From positions 992,001 to 1,056,000 of the forward strand of contig OZ037845.1 in NCBI GenBank assembly GCA_964035575.1: DNA of 64,000 bases, written 5' to 3'. Every line of letters starts with the position of its first letter. Positions within the stretch are counted from its first letter, which is position 1. This DNA comes from Rhynchopus sp. YZ270_cl-10. Lineage: Eukaryota. Positions 1 through 8,240 of the stretch are shown one piece after another. The notes beneath the pieces are model-generated. The model was given only the letters and a program-made list of their open reading frames with translations, searched no databases and was not told the DNA's origin. A program made the position numbers and the translations under genes.

Positions 1-88
1 ACCTGGGTACCTGGGTACCTGGGTACCTGGGTACCTGGGTACCTGGGTACCTGGGTACCTGGGTACCTGGGTACCTGGGCACCTGGGT
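1..88. repeat. Tandem octamer (ACCTGGGT)n, about 11 copies, runs off the window start
   Basis: Directly visible; one variant unit near 80. Confidence 0.95.
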
Positions 89-93
89 GTGCC

Positions 94-228
94 TGTCGGA
101 CCCCAGGGTCCGGCAGTCGGACTCAGGGGTCCGACTGTGAGTCCGACAGTCGGACCCCTGAGTCCGACTGTCGGACTCAGGGGGTCCGACTGTCGGACCC
201 CCTCGGACTCCGACAAAAGGGTCCGACA
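94..228. repeat. Cluster of GTCGGAC/GTCCGAC motifs in alternating orientation (nested palindromes)
   Basis: About 10 copies on both strands. Confidence 0.85.
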
Positions 229-277
229 TTTCCAGGACAGACTGCACCGTGCAAGCAAAAAAAAAAAAAAAAAAACG

Positions 278-491
278 GTAACTTAAGTTAACTTACGTGA
301 CTTAAGTTGGTAACTTAAGCTGTTTTTTAAAAATAAAAACTTAAGTTACGTTTTTTTTCTAAAAAAACTTAAGTTTTTTTTTCGAAAACCTAAGTTTTTT
401 AATTTAAGTTTTTTTTTTTAGTAGCTTAAGTCGCCTAAATTTTCCGGAGGATTTCGGAGAAAACTTAAGTTTTTTTTTTAACTTAAGTTAC
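278..491. repeat. AT-rich CTTAAG-palindrome array bounded by a 14-bp inverted repeat; possible MITE core
   Basis: GTAACTTAAGTTAA at 278-291 and its reverse complement at 478-491; many internal ACTTAAGT motifs. Confidence 0.6.
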
Positions 492-791
492 ACAGCCATG
501 ATAGATCTCAGATATTTGCCTTTTTTTTTTTTTACTCGTGCAAAACTGTGTAATGAACTAATCTCTGTCGAACACAACTAGAATGGTGGGTTTGTGTGTT
601 ATTTATGTCTGAGTGTGGTGTTGGTACGATGGATAAGGAGGAATACAAAGAAAAACATGGGTGGGTGGTAACTATTTTTTTTTTCTGCTGTAGTTTTTTT
701 TTTAACCCACCAACGCCAGAGAGTTGACAGACATAAGTACCCAGGTTTTAAGTGGAGACGTAATTTGCGAGACCTGAGAGATCACCCGAAC

Positions 792-2341
792 CTAATGCCT
801 GCCCCTGCCTCCTCCTCCTCCGCCTCCTCCGCCTCCTCTTCCTCCTCCGCCTCCTCCTCCGCCTCCTCTTCCTCCTCCTCTTCCTCCTCCGCCTCCTCCT
901 CCTCCTCCTCCTCCTCCTCTTCTTCTTCTTCTTCTTCTTCTTCTTCTTCTTCTTCTTCCTCCTCCGTCTCCTCCACCTCCCGCTTCTGACCCTCCTCCAC
1001 TCACTGCACACGAAGTTAGAGATGGAGGTTGGACTGTGGACAAATCCACAGACGTGTCACTTGGTGCCTGTTCTCCTTCCGGTGGTGATGCAGGGGGCGT
1101 CACATTCTTCACCCACTCTTCTATCGCTTTAGAACTGATCCTGACGGTAGTGCTGTCTTCTTTCAACATGTCCACAGATGTCACCACCTCTCCCTTCGGT
1201 GTCAGCAGGCTCTTGTTTAATACACAGTGCAGGAAGTGGGAATGTAATACTCGTCTATGAGGTTTGCGGGTGAATGTGACAGTCTTCCCATGATGTGGAC
1301 CACCTATAACAACAAACTTTGTCATTGTATCGTCATCTTCGACATGCAAAAACGACATTATCTTCCTGTCAAATAAAGCATGACACTTCCAGGTACTCGG
1401 AGGGTCGCTCACTCTGTACGAATCCCTCGTGCCACAAAGGAAAAGGAAATTGTTTTTTCCATAATAATCCACCCGTAAAGTTTCGGCATCCTTCTCCCGG
1501 ACAATGATGTGTGCTTTAGAGATCTCTTCCTTCACACCGCACACTTCGCATGGAGTCACAGCTACGGACCTCCATGCCGTTATCTGACTTGCTTTCTTGC
1601 TGGCAGTGCGATCTTCGTTAAATATAGTGGGATCTGTCCCAACTACATTCCCTAGTGCAGCTTCCATCGCCAACACCTTCTCCCTCTGCGCATCCTTCAA
1701 CGTCTCGCGCGCCGTCTCCAGCTGCCTCTGCACGCTCTGTAAGTGTGTGGAAAGTGAATGTGCAAAACCAGAAAACAACAAAATAACAACAAAGTTGCAC
1801 CACACTGTGCATCTCCAGTGCCGACTTTGCAACCCCAACACACACATGTTGCGAATGGGTCATGCTACAAAAATAAAATAAAAATGGGTGCGGAAAGCAA
1901 GTAGACCACTCGCCGTACCTCCAAAAGGTCCGAGGTTCCCTACGCCACACAGACAGTACAACCACATGTAATGACTCAACTCAAAGGTTAAGTGAATAGA
2001 AACTACAAAGAGTTCTACACGACACACACATGTTGCGAATGGGTCATGCTAGAATAATAAAATAAGAATGGGTGTGGAAAGCAAGGGTTACATACCTCCA
2101 GCTGCTTCTCTAGCTTGGCGTAAGCCTCAATGAGCCTGGTGTACGGCGGCTTGCAATCAGCTTCGTTCCAGGGATCGAAACCCGCGCGTGGGATAATTTT
2201 TTGCAGTGCATCAGGCGTGTATGTTTGAAGATCAGTAATGGCATTGATCTGCTTCTGCAGCTTGTCCTTTTCTTTCTGCAGGCCCGCCACTGTCTCATCG
2301 GCTTCGACTTCAGGAGGCAAGTTACTGCCACCACCAGACAT
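792..2341 (-). CDS. Spliced coiled-coil + HNH endonuclease (HNH_2-like) protein; exon 1 2341-2096, exon 2 from 1736; 3' end uncertain
   Basis: ATG follows a polypyrimidine tract and AG. Donor GAG|GTATGT and acceptor TTACAG|AGC join in phase 0 into a continuous coiled coil (EKQLE|SVQRQLE). Motifs CEVC...KAHII...NNFLFLC...CHALFD. A possible further donor GCA|GTGAGT lies near 1004. Confidence 0.7.
806..1000. repeat. CCT/CTT trinucleotide low-complexity tract
   Basis: Directly visible; gives poly-E, poly-S and poly-G/R ORFs. Confidence 0.9.
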
Positions 2342-2585
2342 ACTTGGGGAAGGGGAGGGGAGGGGAGGGGGATGTGTGGGAGGGAGAGAGAGAGAGGTGT
2401 TTATCCTGTTGTGATATAGAGTAGGTTAGTTGGCGGGAGGAGGTTACGGGGCCAATAAAAAAAAATAAAGAGAGGAGGTACGTTTGTTTTGACACATCGA
2501 TATTTATACACAAAGATAGACAGACAGTACAACTCTTCACAAAGAAGGATGTAGCAGACGTAAGCCTGGCCTGACAAGATAAAGA

Positions 2586-2783
2586 CTACCGTTTGACAAC
2601 CACATTAGGGTTACCAACACATTTGCTTCTACAACACATCACCGTCACTATCTTGCTCCCAACACTACCACCGGAACTGACGTCTCGGGCTGAAGTCCCT
2701 CGAGGAACCTTCGGTTCTGAGTCTCGGGCCTTGTTAGACGCAGGAGCACTATCGTTTTTCGAAGTTGTTGTTTTGTCAGACAT
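2586..2783 (-). CDS. Small viral hypothetical protein (65 aa)
   Basis: ATG 13 nt after the ATPase stop, preceded by the ATAAGA motif seen before other element genes. Confidence 0.45.
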   Translation of the reverse strand: MSDKTTTSKNDSAPASNKARDSEPKVPRGTSARDVSSGGSVGSKIVTVMCCRSKCVGNPNVVVKR

Positions 2784-2796
2784 GTCTTTTCTCTTA

Positions 2797-3537
2797 TCAT
2801 CCCGGAAATACAATCTCATCAAAGTTCCGACGATACTTTAGTTCAGGAACAATAGGCTGGTTATCGATCATGACGAAGTTGTACCGGGGCAGACCATCAA
2901 ACAAACTGTTGAACTCATCAGGCTCAAGGTCACTGCACGACGTCGCTATCATCCGTCTCTCCTTCTTGTTGAGGTTGAACAGGAGGAAGCAGCTGCAGTT
3001 CTGTCGGATAGCCTTTGGGGTGTCGTAGAAGCTCTGACTCAAGTACACTGGTGAGATGTTGCGATGCCGTCCACGTACATACAGGTCGATGAAGTCTCTC
3101 TGTTTCTTCTCCATCACAATGTCATCCAACAACACAAGGTTCTTCTGATTGGGGTCAAGGTCCTCTACATCAAACTCATCCGCACTGTCGAAGAACTCTG
3201 CTGTTGGCTTCAAGGCTTCTAAGGTCTCCTCGATCTTCTCCTCACTCACCTTCTTCTTCTTAAGCTCCCGTTCCAGATCACTCCGTATCGTCTCGTCTAT
3301 GCCTGCAAAGTGCTCCATCATCACCTGGTAGATCTTTTGGTGTAGTGTTGTGCTGATGACAAAGACCCTGTCAAACGGTAACTTCAACTCCTTGTTCATT
3401 AGCATGTTCCCCATCACCGTACTCTTACCACACCCAGAAGATCCGACAGACAACATCCTGAACGGCCATGACGGAAGAAGCTTTGAGTGTTTATCATCCT
3501 CAGGTGCATCATTCTTCGTAACGTAATTGTGTATCAT
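2797..3537 (-). CDS. A32/FtsK-like DNA packaging ATPase (246 aa)
   Basis: PFRMLSVGSSGCGKST Walker A, LVLLDD Walker B, RGRHRNIS..LSQ and AIRQN motifs; likely start AAAATG at 3537. Confidence 0.92.
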   Translation of the reverse strand: MIHNYVTKNDAPEDDKHSKLLPSWPFRMLSVGSSGCGKSTVMGNMLMNKELKLPFDRVFVISTTLHQKIYQVMMEHFAGIDETIRSDLERELKKKKVSEEKIEETLEALKPTAEFFDSADEFDVEDLDPNQKNLVLLDDIVMEKKQRDFIDLYVRGRHRNISPVYLSQSFYDTPKAIRQNCSCFLLFNLNKKERRMIATSCSDLEPDEFNSLFDGLPRYNFVMIDNQPIVPELKYRRNFDEIVFPG

Positions 3538-3550
3538 TTTCAATAAGAAA

Positions 3551-4231
3551 ATGCAAGTGAACAACACATCAAGTCTCGAGAAACTACTTCTTGATATAGA
3601 TAGACTGAAGGACTCCATAGCACACCAACGCTCTGATGCTCTCAATGAACAAGAACAAGAAACCCTGAAGGAACCCCCGCCGATCAAGACTTCAGATGAA
3701 GGACTGCAGACCGATAACTTCTTAACATCCCTTATCACATCACCACCAGACCAACCGATAACAACCTGGGGTGCTTCAGACCAGACATCATTCCTAGAAG
3801 CTTTATCACATACGGATACGGGTAGTATGCAGACCCCGAATATGGGGCCGACTGTGAATTTGACCCCGAATATGGGACCCTTCACTGCTGATATTCAACC
3901 TGCTCTATCTCAGACAGGTAGTATGCAGACAGGCATGACTCCAAATATAGACTGGGGAGCTGTAGAAAATAGGACAGCTCTGTTGAATGAAAAAGGGAAT
4001 AAAGGGAAGGGTATGGGTAGAGGGAGAGGTAAAAAGGCTGGGAGTGGAGTGTATCAAATGGACACCAATGGTGCAATGAATAGACTGATGCTGTTGATAG
4101 GAGGAAAGAAGGCAGGGAACACAAGTCAAGCTATAAAACAAGAAGCAGCCACTATCCTTGACTGGCTTCTCAACAACAACAAGATAAACGTAGATGAACA
4201 TAAACTTCTCACACAAGAAGTCAACTCCTAA
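3551..4231 (+). CDS. Polinton/adintovirus conserved virion-type protein with C-terminal RLxLLxG..xAGN helical domain
   Basis: NRLMLLIGGKKAGNTSQAIKQEAATILDWL resembles a C-terminal motif I recall from Polinton-like virus proteins; GxG-rich linker; internal TGSMQT/TPNMGP duplications. Confidence 0.65.
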   Translation: MQVNNTSSLEKLLLDIDRLKDSIAHQRSDALNEQEQETLKEPPPIKTSDEGLQTDNFLTSLITSPPDQPITTWGASDQTSFLEALSHTDTGSMQTPNMGPTVNLTPNMGPFTADIQPALSQTGSMQTGMTPNIDWGAVENRTALLNEKGNKGKGMGRGRGKKAGSGVYQMDTNGAMNRLMLLIGGKKAGNTSQAIKQEAATILDWLLNNNKINVDEHKLLTQEVNS

Positions 4232-4233
4232 AA

Positions 4234-4974
4234 ATGGAACAACTCTCACTCTTTGTATCCTCTGAAGGAGAAGCTCTCTCCACTGACTTCACTGTTGCCT
4301 ACAACCCTCCCATATACCTTGACGAAGGTGACAACTATGAGATAAGCCTCATCAAGAGCAGTCAGTACTACTCGTGGACCAACATCAGCCAACAGCAAGG
4401 TAACAACTTCTTTGAGTGGAGTAGTGATAACGGAGCTTCATGGGCAACAATAGTGTTCGGTGACGGGAACTATAGCATCTCTGAGATCAACGACCATATA
4501 CCTTCGGAAATCACAATAGAGCCCATCCTAGCCCTGCAGAAGATCAAGATCACCCTACCTACCAACTATCAAGTGAACTTCAGAACAGGCTCCTTCCACG
4601 GCATCTTAGGCTTTGCTGAGAACACTATCATAAGTGCAGGTGATAACATTGCACCACACGTTGCAGACATCACGAACGGAATCCAAGCAGTCGTTGTCCA
4701 CTGTGATCTAGTGAACCCGAAGTACTCCTACCACAACTCAGGTACATCAGGCACCAAGTCGCAAATCTTGTACGTTGTCAGCCCACCATCCCTTCCTCCA
4801 AGCAGTCTGTACAACGTGGTAGAACCTGGCAGCTCGTACTATGTCCCCACCAACAAGACCCAGATCAACAGCATAAGGTTCTGGCTGACGGATCAGAATG
4901 GGAAGCGCATCAACAACCAAGGAGAGAACGTCAACTATCATGTTATCATTCGTAAAGTAAAATCTTCATACTAA
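4234..4974 (+). CDS. Minor capsid protein (penton, single jelly-roll)
   Basis: 246 aa, beta-rich; DFTVAYNPPIYL, GNYSISEIN, GILGF, VVVHCDLV and INSIRFWLTDQNG motifs typical of Polinton pentons. Confidence 0.82.
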   Translation: MEQLSLFVSSEGEALSTDFTVAYNPPIYLDEGDNYEISLIKSSQYYSWTNISQQQGNNFFEWSSDNGASWATIVFGDGNYSISEINDHIPSEITIEPILALQKIKITLPTNYQVNFRTGSFHGILGFAENTIISAGDNIAPHVADITNGIQAVVVHCDLVNPKYSYHNSGTSGTKSQILYVVSPPSLPPSSLYNVVEPGSSYYVPTNKTQINSIRFWLTDQNGKRINNQGENVNYHVIIRKVKSSY

Positions 4975-4976
4975 AA

Positions 4977-6030
4977 ATGTCATCATGGTCAAATCTAGTT
5001 AGGGAACAGAGTGGCAGCCGAAGGCAGAGGAAGAGAACCTGGAGTGATTTGGTGGAGGGTAGTGGGGTAGATATGGGTCCGTCCGGAAACCCTCCTGGTA
5101 AGATTCATCCTTTTGGGGGTTTTTTGAGGTTTTTCTGCTCAAAACACCCAAACAACCCAATTTTTTGATACCCACCATACACCTACCACCCCAGAGGGCA
5201 TATTTTGGGCATTTATTTTTGTTTATTTCCCCTCCCCCCCTTTTTACTTATATTTTTTTACGTATTTTTGGACATTTCATAAACGTGGCAATGACAGCAG
5301 TGAAGTTCACTTTTTTGTCGAGAAACACGGTAAGAATGGGTGCGACGCACACTTGGTGTCGTTTCGAACCATCTCTCTGATGATTCTTGTTGTCAGGAGA
5401 TCCTTACCGTAGGGGTCATTGTCGGTGCCCTGCGCGAGCTTCCCCACACAGAGGCCTTTGTTATCTCATTCCCTCGTACTCATACGTATCAGTGCACCCT
5501 TCTTTCCATCAATCTCTTTTCTTCTGTGTACTGCTACCCGAGCAACGGTCGTGTCATTTCAGCGTGTACTCTGACACGGAGGGAACCTTTATTTACTATG
5601 GAGTCTCCACATCCAAGGTGACCCGCAAAGCAAAAGTCCCTGGCATTGACCCAGTAGATTTGACAGAGGTCAATGAAACCTTGTCAAGGCGGCATGGCAG
5701 GATTAAGAGAAAGAGAGAAGAGATCCAGAAGAACGACAATAAAAGGCTGAAAATCTGATTAAAAAAGCGAAAATATAGCCTCAGACCCCCCCAAAAACCT
5801 ATTTTCATATCAGAATATCACCTAGATGCACTTTTTGTGGGGGACATCATCAAAAAAACCCAAAAATACCCAAAAGGATGAATCTTACCAGAGGGGTTTC
5901 CGGACGAGTCCATATGGAGAAACAGCAAGAGAAGCAAGAAGAAAAAGATAACAAGAAGGTGCTTGATGTACTGGCTGACATCTCTAAGAGGCATGGTGTT
6001 GTGCTTGGGAATGGGTTGGTTACAATATAA
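4977..6030 (+). pseudogene. 70-aa viral ORF interrupted by an 841-bp MITE
   Basis: Removing the insert joins ...EGSGVD to MEKQQEKQ...LGNGLVTI* in one open frame ending at TAA 6028-6030. Confidence 0.75.
5074..5912. mobile_element. Non-autonomous DNA transposon (MITE) with about 60-bp imperfect TIRs
   Basis: TGGGTCCGTCCGGAAACCCTCCTGGTAAGATTCATCCTTTTGGG at the left end; TGGACTCGTCCGGAAACCCCTCTGGTAAGATTCATCCTTTTGGG on the - strand from 5912; TA (or ATAT) duplication at the flanks. Confidence 0.88.
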
Positions 6031-6099
6031 GTGTTCTCTCTCAGCTCTGCTCCCGAGTGACTGCGTCATACACTGTCATACATATCATGCGATATGTAT

Positions 6100-6747
6100 T
6101 TAGTTTATCTCTATTCCATTCCCGGTGATCTTACCATACGCTGTCTCCCCTAAGATCTTGATGAGGAAGGTTGGTATGCTTGCTATATGCTGTACTCTGT
6201 CTATTGCACTCTTGTTGTTTGGGTCTAGTGCATGGTAGATGTTTGACCTGATTAGTTGTAGGTCTGCCTTGTGCTTCATCTTGCGTACGTCTTTCACACT
6301 CTTCCCTATCTTTCCTGCATGTTTGTACTGTAGGTCGTGTATCATCGCACTCTCGTCAAACCTACTCTTCCCTGGTGTGATTATGTCCTCCTTTGGTATC
6401 TCCTCTCCCTTCCATGCACGTTCAGCATTCTTCTCAAGGTCTTTGATTCTCTCTTCCAGCTTTGTGTTTGGTCCCATGAAGTTCGCCTTCTCGACTTGTC
6501 CTGTTTTTTCGTTCATGACTGGAAAGTGGAACTCTGTGTCTGGGAAATTCTCGTTGAGTGCCTTCACAATGTCTCCGCCCTGTTTTTCAGCTGTCGCTTC
6601 AGTGACTGATCCTTTGGCAAACCTAAACTTCTTTGTACCGCAATCAGCACACTTGCTCTTCACACCTCGACGTCCATTCTTTGTTGTTGTCTCCTCTTCA
6701 TCAACATTTGTGGTCTTGGTTCTGCACTTCACACAATATGAGGTCAT
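6100..6747 (-). CDS. Zinc-ribbon (DUF5679-like) + parvovirus-type phospholipase A2 (PLA2X-like) virion protein
   Basis: YCVKCR...NGRR...CADCGTKKFRF at the N-terminus; NFMGPNT loop, FDESAMIHDLQY (catalytic HD) and KADLQL. Confidence 0.82.
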   Translation of the reverse strand: MTSYCVKCRTKTTNVDEEETTTKNGRRGVKSKCADCGTKKFRFAKGSVTEATAEKQGGDIVKALNENFPDTEFHFPVMNEKTGQVEKANFMGPNTKLEERIKDLEKNAERAWKGEEIPKEDIITPGKSRFDESAMIHDLQYKHAGKIGKSVKDVRKMKHKADLQLIRSNIYHALDPNNKSAIDRVQHIASIPTFLIKILGETAYGKITGNGIEIN

Positions 6748-7289
6748 TTTGATATGTCGAACACATCCTCAAGAAGTACACGTTCATTCTCTTTTGTATC
6801 GTTCCCGAAGATCCCGTGTGTCATAGCGTAGAAGCCTTCGTACTTGTCCTCATACTTGTGCATGAACTTGAAGAACAAACACACAAAGTAGCCGCATAGT
6901 GTAGAAGAGACATCCTGTATTTGATTGGTGTTGTATGTGAGGGGTTTGTAGTTTGTTGTCAATTCTTGGGGAGGGGGTAAACCAAGTGGGTCAAAGTAGA
7001 TAGTCTGAGGTCCTTTGGACCCCTTGTCATGAAGGAAACCTACCCAATGTGTTCCTTTGCCTTCTCTCTCATCTAAGTTTATCAGGTACAACCCATTCAT
7101 GTTGTCTGTGATCTCATCTCTCATAACCATACCTTGAGGCTCGACGGTTTCACCCTCACGAAGGAACCTTCGGTCCCCCAGATCTATACCCTGATCTCTA
7201 CACCAGTCTAGGATCTCATCATCTCGAAGAGGGTCTAGGGCTTTGCCCTCTCGAGGGGACCTTCGGTCCCTGGGTTCTATTGACCCTGT
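6744..7289 (-). CDS. Adenain-like cysteine protease; frame open well upstream of the first ATG (7130)
   Basis: INLD...GTHWV (His), YFDPLG (Asp), NQIQ...LCGYF (Gln, Cys). Upstream PLRDDEI...GMVMRDEI fits the family N-terminus. The stop overlaps the next ATG (ATGA). Confidence 0.9.
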   Translation of the reverse strand, partial: TGSIEPRDRRSPREGKALDPLRDDEILDWCRDQGIDLGDRRFLREGETVEPQGMVMRDEITDNMNGLYLINLDEREGKGTHWVGFLHDKGSKGPQTIYFDPLGLPPPQELTTNYKPLTYNTNQIQDVSSTLCGYFVCLFFKFMHKYEDKYEGFYAMTHGIFGNDTKENERVLLEDVFDISK

Positions 7290-7687
7290 TTTTTTAACCT
7301 CGTTCCAGGTGCTATCAGACCACGCCCATTCACCTTCCTGTCGATGTACTTCCCTGCTGTGTTACCAAGCTTACTCCCAAGTGAACCGGCAAGTGCACTT
7401 GCTCCTGCTGCCAACAACGGTATCAAGAATTGGAAGAACCCTCCTTCCTTCCTGTCGCCTCCAATGAACTTCAGCTGGGGTTGACTTAAGGTGACACGTG
7501 ATGAACCCTTCTCCTTGACCTTCTCCTTCTGCTTTGGTGTTAATGGTAGTGGATACCGTTTGATACCGGTTGCATGCAACGTGACTGACACTGTCTTGCT
7601 CTTCCCACCTAAGGCATCTGCAATCCTCTGCATGTCGACAGGCGATACGTACACTGGCGTCTTCTGATATTTACTTGTAGTGACCAT
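7277..7687 (-). CDS. Basic core protein with adenovirus pX/mu-like amphipathic segment (136 aa)
   Basis: EGGFFQFLIPLLAAGASALAG resembles the pX GGFLPALIP segment; start AAAATG at 7687. Confidence 0.7.
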   Translation of the reverse strand: MVTTSKYQKTPVYVSPVDMQRIADALGGKSKTVSVTLHATGIKRYPLPLTPKQKEKVKEKGSSRVTLSQPQLKFIGGDRKEGGFFQFLIPLLAAGASALAGSLGSKLGNTAGKYIDRKVNGRGLIAPGTRLKKQGQ

Positions 7688-7706
7688 TTTTGTGTATAAG
7701 AGACAA

Positions 7707-8240
7707 ATGAGTTCGAATGAATTGAATATAAGAGTAAACTTGAACAAACTATGGAGAGACTCTGGGTATATCACTGATCCTGCGAGGTTGTTTGACTTTC
7801 AGTTCGCAGATGGTGGAGCAGATACTCAGGGACCACAAGAAAAATATACCCTTGATGAGATAGAGGACTACATACATAAGCAGAAGGCGTATCAGCTGTT
7901 CAGGAAGAAACCAAGCAAGCTGTCGGGTCACATCACAGCCTTCGAGATCAACGACGTTATGCAGATGGACCTTCTTGACTTCCAGAAGCTCAGGACAAGA
8001 AACAAAGGCTACTCATGGATCCTGAACTTGATAGACGTCTTTAGTAGAAAGTTGTACACCAGACCCCTGAAGAACAAGACCATGGGCACTGTCAAAGAGG
8101 CCTTCTCAGATATACAGACAGATCGCAAGAACCTCCCTCGCACAATCATGAGTGACAACGGCTTAGAATTCAACAACACCATGGTAAAGCAAGTCTTCAG
8201 TGCACACAGCATAGAGCATCAGATGAATGAGGTTGCAGAA
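7707..8240 (+). pseudogene. Retroviral-type (rve) DDE integrase, 3'-truncated by satellite
   Basis: MQMDLLD, LNLIDVFSRK, PLKNK and IMSDNGLEF motifs; sequence switches to the 14-mer array before the third catalytic residue. Confidence 0.92.

Larger units (their letters stand above)
2550..8240. mobile_element. Truncated endogenous Polinton/Maverick-adintovirus-like element (morphogenesis module + integrase)
   Basis: Densely packed intronless ORFs for A32-like ATPase, penton-like protein, adenain, PLA2, pX-like protein and rve integrase. No pPolB, major capsid or TIR seen; left boundary approximate. Confidence 0.9.

Noticed and set aside
748..1011. Poly-K/R, poly-S and poly-E ORFs as separate genes
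   Set aside because: Alternative frames of one trinucleotide tract.
2682..2730. Hammerhead ribozyme in the hairpin elements
   Set aside because: No CUGANGA/GAAA core on either strand.
3538..3885. N-terminal extension of the ATPase in the ORF track
   Set aside because: It is antisense to the 3551 ORF and starts at a non-ATG codon; family similarity begins after the ATG at 3537.
7691..7705. TGTGTATAAGAGACA, a 15/19 match to the Tn5/Nextera mosaic end
   Set aside because: The flanking adapter bases do not match, and it sits neatly between two intact divergent ORFs overlapping the ATAAGA motif; probably coincidence, though worth a read check.
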